Assembly (NCBI GenBank): GCA_012295275.1
Contig: CM022670.1
Coordinates: 26,660,001 to 26,724,000 of the forward strand
Direction of reading: 5' to 3'
DNA length: 64,000 nt
Origin: Chrysomallon squamiferum
Taxonomy: Eukaryota; Animalia; Mollusca
Shown here: positions 54,386 through 64,000 of the stretch, piece by piece
Layout: the number at the start of each line of letters is the position of its first letter
Numbering within the stretch: the first letter of the stretch is position 1
The notes under the pieces: generated by a model
Database searches by the model: none
Told to the model about the DNA's origin: nothing
Seen by the model: only the letters and a program-made list of their open reading frames with translations
Translations under genes and position numbers: made by a program

Positions 54386-55177
54386 ATTATAAACACTGGA
54401 AAATAGATGTATGTAGATTTATCATAAATATAAATTAAAACTATTTTGCATATTTTGTTTACTGTTAAACTATAATGTTCAAGTACCAGGTGAAATTTGT
54501 AGCAAAAGTACAATTCTAAAGTAGGCCTGAGCAGACCTTTATTATAATGAAATAACATAGTTTTAGTTTTTATTTTATTTAATGGATTATATTTCTGTCA
54601 CTTTCCAAAACAGTACTGAAACTGAAAATACAGAAATATGTAAAATCAAATTAAAATTGTTGAGTGTTGTATTTCTTTTGACAGATAGTGAAGTACTTGC
54701 TTTGAAGTGAATTCATTAATTGAACAGTTTGAAGAACAAACACATCTCTCTTCAGATGCAAAACTACAGCAATTCAAGCATATTCAGATTCTAAATTATG
54801 ATTTGTTGAAACGTAGAAATCACTGACCAAAAAAAAAAGTGGTACCATTGATTTATCCTCAGTGAATGACCGGTTAAGAAAACTGCTTTTAAGGAAGATC
54901 TTATGCTTAATTTTCTGAAAGCCATATCAGCAAAAGAACCACTTTGCTCAATTTTGCTGTCCATCTGGTCAATATGGGCTGGGAAGAAATGACCAGCCAT
55001 TCACCAATAGTTCAGTTTCATTGTAAATAAACTTCATTCAAGAGATAAAAAAAAATTATGTTTATATGCATATTTAATTTTATTTCCTTTCTTTAATAAT
55101 ACTTCAGATATTGTTAATACATTAGAAGAAGAAACTACAATTGCTGTTTTTAGGTGGGGTTTTTTGTTTGTTTTTTG

Positions 55178-55212
<35 letters not shown>

Positions 55213-55449
55213 TTCTTTAAATAATAAAAATTTAAATATACATACAGATGCATTACAAAATATATTAAATATTTTAGGTATTCTAATCCAAATTTATTTA
55301 TTTGTTTTATATACCATATGACATAATGATTTTAAATTTTCTGGGTGGAAGGCACAGAAGAAGGTACTTAACAATAGCTTTAAAATTGAAATTAAGAGAA
55401 AAGGTTTAAAAGTGAAAGGTTTGCAATTCCAAGAATATTTGGGTTCTGA

Positions 55450-56012
55450 TATTGGTTTCTGAAGGTCAGACACTGCAGACCAATCAGCTGTTAGATTGAA
55501 AGGATAAATTTACATGACTGAGGTGAATGCCCGAAGATGTTCACGTAGTCACGTAGGTTTGTTCAGATCTAAATATGGGTGTGAGCATTTTTGTATTTCC
55601 TTGATCCTTTTTATTTTGAAAGCATTGGATCTTTCGATTTCGATCCATAGTGATATAGTTACCAGGCCGAGGTGAATGTTCGCAAAAACTTTGTGCTGAC
55701 CAGTAAAACGAATAGTTGAAATTGACACTCTACGTCATCAGCAGAACAACATCAGCTGATTTGCTTCATCAGTTTGTCCTTTCTAAGCTCTTAGCAAACA
55801 ACATCAGTGAATGCTTAATCATGTAACTGATCTAAGATGTCCCAAACAGTCAGCTGTTTTAATGGAAATCTCTTGGTTATCGTCAAGTGTGATGGCCACA
55901 ATTACATTGTTATTGATAAAATATTTGATCAGTTGTCGTTTTTCCTTTGGTAACATTTGAGAGTGTTTGCACTTCCAGTCAACAACCAGGTAGTTCATTT
56001 CATATTCACGTG
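55450..56012. promoter_or_regulatory. Intronic CpG-retaining island, candidate internal promoter or enhancer
   Basis: About a dozen CpGs in ~550 bp. ATTGG 55451 and CCAAT 55480, tandem CACGTA at 55542 and 55550 (TACGTG on the - strand), TACGTCA 55731 and CACGTG 56007. Confidence 0.5.
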
Positions 56013-59000
56013 TTCTGCTTGTGGAAATCCATGCCAGCTATGCATGTCAGTGTTTTTCTTACAGGAAAAACTGAATGTCAAAATAAAACAATAGTTTCTT
56101 TGTGTAAAGATATAAATATAAAACATGTGTAAATATTTTACTTTTTAAGTTTATAAAAGAATGTTCTTGAGGTTTTAAAGCAATGATCAGGATTAGTGAA
56201 TAAAAGATGATGTCATGAAAAAAAATAACTTGTAGATAGAAGTTTTTAGATGAAAAGGAAGTTGTAGGTGTTTATTTATTGCTCATATAGATCTGTGCTT
56301 TCTTAATAGTTGTAAAGGTAGATTGAATTTCAAAGGTTTCCTATCCTTTTTGTTCATTGCAAGTCATTGTATGGGTTTTTGATCACAAAACAGTACTATT
56401 GCTTCCAGAAAAGTTTGAGAAACAACCTTCCATCAACAGCATGCTTTGACAGTGTGATCAAGACTGTTCTTGGCACTGAACAATAGATGGCATTTAAGAA
56501 TAAAGTGATTGTTGTTAGTGTTAACATAGAATAAGTATATATTATTAAAAAAATATGTTTTATTCTGATCATAATATTTCTTCAAAAACAAATAATCTAC
56601 TATGTAAAATTCAAAAGTTGTTCTTGCTTTATAACATTTTAAAAACATTTTTATTTTTGATTACATTTTTTTGGTTATTGTGGTTTTATTTTATTTTATT
56701 TATTTTTATTTTTTTAACTGTAGATTTGTATGTAAATTACTGGTATTTGTTTGTTTTTTTTTTTTTTTTTTTACCCTATTTATTTAGTGTATAGTAAAGA
56801 AAGAGGACAGTTTTACCATAATAAGGATATTGAAGACAATTTGGAAATAATCTTCCTACTGTAATAAAATTTTACATCCTGGATAATAAGTAGAAAGGTG
56901 TTGTTAGAATTTGTACAAATGTTAAGAAAAAGAAGAAGAAGAAAAATACAACAACAATTAATCAGTTTATACATACATAAACATAGTAAAATACAGTGAT
57001 TAATTGCAAAAAAAGTAGAAACAAAAAGAAAAACCAACCAAGAGTTAATTTACTAAGTCTTGTTTGTTCTTGCATTTATGTGTAAATATATAGTCTTAAT
57101 AATGCTTCAAACATTTCCATTTTAAGAAAAACAGGCTGTGTAAATTCAGCTGTAAACCACCTGAATTTCAGCTGTCTACCTTTTAAATGACCTGAGTACA
57201 CTATTCTGTAGAAAATAAAAAATGTTGAACTTCCATTACCTAGTAACCCCGTCAAAAAAGTTCAACAGTGTGCCTATTATTTGCTCAGCCATTTGGATGT
57301 GTTACACAAAGGTCACAGTATCCGAAAATAAATGTATGTGTTCTGTGGGTCAGTTACAGGTTTTATTATCTTTTTTCTCTTTCTTTCTGGAAAAAAGAAA
57401 AACTCTTACTTAAATGAGATTGATCACAAATTATGTAATTTAAATATCTACAGTTATGATTTTATGTTTAATTAAGAATTAATTAAAGAGTTATTTATGA
57501 ATACGCATTTCACATCTTCATGAGAATGAATACATTTTGATAACACATATTTATTAATAATGTTTTTATATGTTGGGAGACAAAAAAAAGAAGATTAATC
57601 ATAAGAATACTAAAAGGTTTCTTAACACATCGAAACTTGATATCGGTCTCTTTGTTCCAGATTTTTGTTCCAAATGTTTGAAGTTAATTAAAAAGTGTAA
57701 TATAAACTGACATTACAGAGCTTAATAAGCAGATCCCCACACAACCCCCAAAACAAAAAAACAAAAACAAAAAAAAATATCAAATTTAGTACTAGTAGAG
57801 CTTTTTGGTTTATTGGTTTTTAGTGGGTGTCTCATTTATTCTTCTTTCTTTTGTTTTGTTTGTTTGTTTTCTTTTTTCTCCTATTTTTTCCTCTTTTTTT
57901 TTTATTATTATTATTTCTTTCTTTGGACTTGGTAAGAATGTTTTGTCAAGAGTTATATATTGCTCTATTTCTTCACACAGTTTAAAAACAAATACATCTT
58001 TTTTTAATTTAAAATTCTATTGTAGTGAATATACTGTCTGAGACATAGAATGTATTTATTTACTTTTATTTCTTAAATTACCATTATCGTCTGCCATTAG
58101 TTTGGTATCATATACTGTTCTTCAAGTAATTGCAATTTCATTATTGGTTGTATATGTTATTTTTAAATACAAAAAGCTTTGTTCAGTGATGATCAAAAGT
58201 AAGTGATACGTGTATGATTTGTTTCAATGATTTCTTCAATTTTATAGGTTCAGTTATTTCTGGTGAACCAATGGCTTTTGTCATCAGCTGTTCTCATTGT
58301 TTTGAAAAAATAATTCATGATATTAAATTAAAATGATTATTATATTTTATTATCTGTCCTAAAACAAACATTTTACCTATCAAACAGCAGTTTGTTGTAT
58401 GTAACTTAATTTTACTTTTTCTGTATAAAAAAAATTAAGTAATTTGTTAAAACTGGATCATATAAATCTTAAATTTGTAGAACAGAGATTTGGTATGGAC
58501 ACTGTTTGCAAGTTTACATCATTGTAAATATTTCGCTATGTCCTTATCAGAAAAAGTTGAAAATGAGAATATACCATGTATTCTGCAAAATTGAAAAAGC
58601 TTGTGATCCATTTTAAGTCCAAATTATCTGCAGTGGTATTTCTACACATCATTATTTAATTCTGACAACAGATTTTTCATTTTCTAATTTTAGATACTAC
58701 TTTATGTATATGAAATAATGAGTTTGTTCTGTGTACTACATCTGTAGTATAACGAATGAAATTTTGGCTTTCCAGATATTATTTTGAATGTTTAATTTAA
58801 TCAAGAATAACATGTACATGAAAGGCAGATATCCAGTTTAGTAGATATATCATTAGTATGAAAAGATAAGCTCAGAATAAAATATTTGGTAAAAGCTATT
58901 AATTACTTTTGTCACTGAACTACAAATTATGTTAGAGATGTGACAGTACAGAATTGCCAATTGGTATTGTTTGTCACCTTTTGTATCAATTTACTGTGGC

Positions 59001-59485
59001 TTATTAAATAACAAATTTGTTTCTATGCAAAAAACTTAGTCCATATTTAGATTCATTCATCACAAAATACTCATTATTTAATGCAGAAAAAAATGGTTTG
59101 ATATGTGTAGCAGGTGTTTTAAATAATTAAAATAGTATTTGAAATTTGTTATATGCAAAGCTGTATGTTTAATTAAAGTACTGGGTACGATTTAATAAAA
59201 AATTTATGTAATTAAAACTGCAGTATTTTCAGGATGTGTAGCAAAACAGATGTTCATTGATATGTGTTTTATCTATCAAATAATTTTGACTTCTTATTTT
59301 ATAATGCTGAGTTCAACAGTGTACTTGTAGCAAAAAAATATACTTTCTATCAAACCTTTTTTTTTCTTCTAATAATAGTGTTGAAGTATAGCATTGAAAT
59401 GTCATTTTTGAGAAGTTGCGAGTAAACTATAATTTTCATTCTTTTTCATGTTCTTTAAAATTTCATGCAGAGAAATATACATATA

Positions 59486-60402
59486 CTCTATCAAAAAAGA
59501 AACAGGCAAAATATTCATGGAATTATCTCTTTGATAAAAAGTGGCATAATTTCGATATTTATGATCATGTCAAGGAAAAATTGATGTCAGTATCTAACAA
59601 TGTTCTTACTAGGGATTGAAACATCTGAGGTTCTAGGTCACCCTGGGGTACCCTTCAGTACAGTTTGTCCCATAGATGGCTATGGCAGCACATTAATGTT
59701 CTCATTCAAGGAAAATCCATTGAAAATCTTTTTCAGTCCTATATGGGAAGCATGTGACAAAGAAGATTTCATCCCAATAGCATATAGCTGTCAGGTTGCC
59801 TTTTATGATTACAACTTCTGCTATGAAATGACTTCACACATTATGACACTCCTTCCACCAAATATGTCAACTTGGGTGGCGCAGTTGTTAGCAAAATGTT
59901 CTTTGCGGTGCCTATAAAAAAACACTGTCATCCATCAAATTGCTGTAGAAGGAAACATGACTCGACACTGAACCATACTCACCTCCAGTTTCCCAAGTTC
60001 CACCCATGTAAAACTGCACCAGCAAACACATAAATACAGAATGGGTCTAATAAATGGTCTACTAGCCTATAAGCCATCTTCTGAAAGTCAGTTCAGAATG
60101 GTTTGTGCATATACCCTTATCAATCCAGGTATGCATCCAGCAGTGTTCATTGCTCTGGCAGTTCACATTATTGAAACTGCTGGTATATGTCACAGAGATA
60201 CGTTATTGTATTCTAGTGGATGTTCATATGGCATGCAACACACAACATGCTACAATGTGCTTTAAATTTAATTTAGGGTGCATATGAACATTAACAAACA
60301 TAGTCATTCAGCAATATTACACCAAAAAAAATCCCCAGTATTTTGTAAAATCAAACATTTTACTTCTTTCCCTATCACCTATGCGTTTCTTTTTTGACAT
60401 AG
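59486..60402 (-). mobile_element. Tc1-family transposon, internally deleted and decayed
   Basis: TA flanks (59484-59485 and 60403-60404). TIRs CTCTATCAAAAAAGAAAC and reverse-complemented CTATGTCAAAAAAGAAACGCATAGG. The - strand reads WR*VWFSVESCFLLQQFDG...HRKEHFANNCATQVDIFGGRSVIM and ...NENINVLP*PS, homologous to the 6597-7599 transposase. Confidence 0.88.
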
Positions 60403-60752
60403 TACATACTGATAGTTTCAGAAGTTAAGTTCATTGTATGACAACCTCTTGATCATTTTTGCATTTCTGTGTAAAATATGCAATCTTATTGTTACCTATT
60501 GTTTTATTTTGTTATTAGAAAAAAGTTATCCACCAGAAATAAATAAAATAATTAGTTAGATTTACATATCTTACATCAAAAGGTATTATTTTATTTGGGA
60601 TTGCTATTTTTCAGTCTTTTAGCAGTTACTTGGGTATCAGCAATTTTTTATTTCAGGTAGCATCTAAAATAGTTTTAACCATTAGAAACCTATTCTTTGC
60701 ATTTTGAATGTATAATTGATAATATAACTTTTTTTCTTTTTTTTTTCTGCAG

Positions 60753-60800
60753 GTCGTGACTATATATGGGGAACTGGAAAAGTTGGCAGAAAGTGTGACT
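60753..60800 (+). CDS. PIK3R1-like: Coding exon 4 (48-nt mini-exon): middle of the C1 domain
   Basis: ttttttctgcAG acceptor (60751-60752) and donor ACT|GTAAGT. Phase 1-1. Reads CRDYIWGTGKVGRKCD. Confidence 0.92.
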
Positions 60801-61669
60801 GTAAGTTTATTCCCTTCCATTTGTTTTCTTTCTTTTATTTTTGAATTATTATTATTTTTTATTGTTTTAAATGTTTTTATTTTTACTTTTATTTTATTAT
60901 TATTATCATTATTATTATTTTAATTTCTCTAATATTAACAATAACTTCAGTTTTTTTTGTGTTTTTTTTTTTTGTTTTTTTGTGTGTTTTTTTAATAATA
61001 TTAACATTGTCGTTTTACTTTAATGGATTTTTATTTTTATTTATTTTGTTTTTTTTGTTTCACTAATTCACATACTTAACTGAAACTTACGGAGTTATTC
61101 ATATCAGTATTGGTTACTGGTTTACAATGCACTTACTAAAGCTGCATTATAAGTCATTATGTGTATACATAAATATACGAATATTTATTTTTAATCCGTT
61201 GTCACTAAACATAGTAAATAGTAATTAATCAGACCTGACAAACAATTTTTTATTTTATTTTATTTTATTTTTTTTTATTATCAATACCTGAAGTAATTAT
61301 TGTATACATTAAAAGTAATCTTCAGAAATATAGTTAACAAAGTATTCTTTATTTAGACTATTAAAAACAGTTCTTAAAACAAGAAAGCTTGAAACAGTAA
61401 TACATTTTATTCATAATTAATTTTGTTTTCTGACAGCTGAAGAAATGTAAGATTTCTTTCTCTGTTATCATGTAAACTGCTTCCTCTCACTTTTAAACAA
61501 AATAATATTGCAAATAATGTGTGTTTAATGTGGATGAATATATTTATATCTGGTAAATGATTTATTTAAAGTTTGACTTCAGTTCTTTTAAACAAAAACT
61601 GTTCTTTCTGAATGTACATAATTATGTATCTGTATCATCTTTTCAACTTTCTAGATAAAACCGACAAAA

Positions 61670-61670
61670 T

Positions 61671-61734
<64 letters not shown>
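61670..61734. repeat. Compound (TG)n(AG)n microsatellite
   Basis: A TG run directly followed by a GA run. Confidence 0.97.
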
Positions 61735-61738
<4 letters not shown>

Positions 61739-63842
61739 AATTAAAAATGACTTTTAAGATTTTTTTTTTTTATTAAAAAATTTTAATTGATAGAGTAGTA
61801 AAACAAGCAATTTTTACAAAGTTGATTTTTTTTTTTTTTTTTTTTCCTCTCTCTCAGATAATTCCAGAATGTTCCAAGAAACCATTCAAGTGAATTTGTA
61901 ATGATACTAATTTAATAATGTTCTGTGATAAACATGTTTTGTTGCTGTATGTAATAAATTTACATTTTACTCATTAACTCAGTAACAGTCTCCAATTTGT
62001 TCCTAACTTTGGGTGATCACAACAGCCTTAAACAATTTTTTTTTTTTTTTAACAATAAAAATGTATTATTTTGTGGCTTGATACCAGATGCTTGCCTTTG
62101 TTTACGTTTGTGTATTTTGAAAGAATATTTAATTATATGTATATTTTTCATCTGTGTATTAAGTGATAAATGAAGCCAGAGTAAAGAAAGAAAAATGTAT
62201 CTACATATGAAGTCTAATGTCCTGACATCAAAAATATGAATTATTTTTGTTTATTTCAGTTACTTGTTTCTTTTATTGGTTATTCTTAACATTAGATTAT
62301 TCTCTTTTTATCCTCAAAATATTAATTGTGATCCTTTTAATAACTTATTTGTTAATGAAAATCTAAAAAATAATAATAAAGTATTTTAATAGTAAATATT
62401 AAAACCTTCAAGTTCATTTTCCTCAGTGCAAGATATATTGTTTTATTTAGTTATTTGTATTTATTTTATTTTTATTTTTTTTATTTTTTTTTAATATTAG
62501 GAGTTACTGATATTTTTTGTTACGGTCTATTTTTTTTAGTGTTAGTAGTATTTAAAGAAAATTAATGTCAGTAACATTAGAACATATCTTGGTTCAAACT
62601 GAATGTCAGGAATTATGTTACATATGAGAAGTGTCAACATGTAAAATGCTATTCATCAGAATATTGTAATGTATACAAATATAGAAGTAAATCTGATATT
62701 GCGCAAGGGTGGGGTGAAATTATTTGGTATATTTTTAAAATTTGCTGAGTGGGAGATTGTTATCATTCAGGTTTACATTACTATATAACAGGAACCTTTT
62801 TTTTTAGTTTTCTGCATTAAGTATATTTTCACTTTTACAAAACATTATGGTAGAGTATATATTAATTTTTGTTAGGGGGGTGAGAGGTTGTTATTAACTA
62901 TAATAAATTTATGTGTGTGTGTACACACACATACATATACATGTATATTCATTTGGTTAATTCTGGCAAACTTATTTAAGCTATCTCACTAGTCAAGAAT
63001 GCTCAGCCATTTATGTTAAGAATTTTATTCATATTTCTATTGCCATGTTCCTGTATTTTTGTCCATTGGATTAGATACAAGGCAACCTGATATAAGTTCA
63101 TTTGGTATACTTGCTTCCTGTAATAAGGTATAATTTTTCACTTCCGGAGATACATTTACGGATGTTACTTTTTAAAAGTTCAGACCCACCCACTTTTTCT
63201 TTGGAAATCTCCAACATTAAATAAAATAAGAATTTAATAGTTTTATTTATCTATTTGGTGTTACTTAAATAGTTAATAAGATTTTTAAGTATAGCTTTGA
63301 CTGACTTAGATTAAGTCTTTTATTAAGTCTTACAAGAATTATGACTTTATTTGTATCCATTTCTTATATAGGCCACTTCCATTTAAAATATTTTAATTAG
63401 AAAAAATTATCAACAGTATCAAAGTTCACATTTGACAATAAAATGTCACATTTGTTATTTATTCCTTTTTAGCTTTTAGCTTTACTTTATTTTATATTCC
63501 ATATAAAAATTATATAAAGCATCACTACTATTGTGTGTTTTAGATTTGAAATAATCAACTCATTACAGAAAAGTTATTTTGGATCATGTAAAGATTCTTT
63601 GAGAAAGCATGCTTCAAAAAGCTAGATAAATAATTTAACAACATCATTTTCATTTAATTCATGGGGTTGAAACATCTTTAGAAATGTTTTTCAAATCATT
63701 TTTAGTGGAGGAAATCTGTGATTGTTGTCCAGAATGAATCAGATTATCCCATGAGCCATATTCCAACCTTCTGCATGAGTTTGTTCTTTTTGAACTGACA
63801 GTTTTTTTTGTATTTTTTTTTCCTGTTTTGTTTTTTCCTTAG

Positions 63843-63946
63843 CTTGTGGAAAGTGCTTCCATACTGAATGTGCTACAGCTCTTAATGATTCCCACTGTAG
63901 CAGAGATCGAAGTACCAAATACATTATTACATCAGATCAGCGAGTG
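63843..63946 (+). CDS. PIK3R1-like: Coding exon 5: end of the C1 domain and linker
   Basis: ttttgttttttccttAG acceptor (63841-63842) and donor GTG|GTAAGT (63946/63947). Phase 1-0. Reads SCGKCFHTECATALNDSHCSRDRSTKYIITSDQRV, supplying the last four zinc ligands. Confidence 0.92.
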
Positions 63947-64000
63947 GTAAGTCATAACAGGTTATGTCTTAATTATTTTATTTATTTACTTCCTCCCCCC

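Larger units (their letters stand above)
12123..63946 (+). other. PIK3R1-like: Gene span (5' part only): PI3K regulatory subunit p85-like protein, SH3 - Pro-rich linker - C1
   Basis: Exons of 211+117+69+48+104 = 549 nt give 183 codons without a stop. Introns are 220, 33794, 14219 and 3042 nt, all GT-AG. Protein: MSNIVRYEALYSYDPDEYHHDDNNIPISPGDQLEVDMSHPNNTQFANMIEKPEGWLYGYNLKQGSLGLFPGDKYVKYVGQSSKSTVPSLPPKHLGQGDVCNDSGYEGTPVVPPKLPHRLVDTYFVKPVFCVHCRDYIWGTGKVGRKCDSCGKCFHTECATALNDSHCSRDRSTKYIITSDQRV. The RhoGAP/SH2 domains that would confirm the family lie outside the window. Confidence 0.8.

Noticed and set aside
59600-60287. Plus-strand ORFs of 105, 74 and 60 aa
   Set aside because: Antisense to the decayed Tc1 on the - strand.
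61437-61446. Possible 10-nt exon (tgacAG|CTGAAGAAAT|GTAAGA)
   Set aside because: Would frameshift and break the C-x2-C spacing that exon 5 completes.
63739-63924. Minus-strand 61-aa ORF
   Set aside because: Antisense shadow of coding exon 5.

Overview
This is very AT-rich, CpG-depleted animal genomic DNA, probably a mollusc (gastropod-like decayed SINE relics, inferred only). Most of the window is the 5' part of one + strand gene with very large introns. Five coding exons (12123-12333, 12554-12670, 46465-46533, 60753-60800, 63843-63946) splice in frame with canonical GT-AG sites into 183 codons: a p85/PIK3R-type SH3 domain, a proline-rich linker and a complete C1 zinc finger. This fits the invertebrate PI3K regulatory-subunit-like architecture, and the gene continues past the window. 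Upstream lie a CpG-retaining promoter zone (~7.9-9.8 kb) with two candidate non-coding first exons, and what looks like the last exon of a neighbouring gene ending in a PDZ-ligand-like ETQL* with a Pumilio-site-rich 3' region. Four dead DNA transposons are present: a near-full-length Tc1 (DD34E), an internally deleted Tc1, a Tigger/pogo derivative and a Sola2-like element whose N-terminal Cys/His domain resembles vertebrate ARL14EP. There are also MetaSINE-like relics, microsatellites and several motif-dense intronic islands. Nearly all other ORFs in the supplied track are spurious. No rRNA, tRNA or CRISPR is evident.
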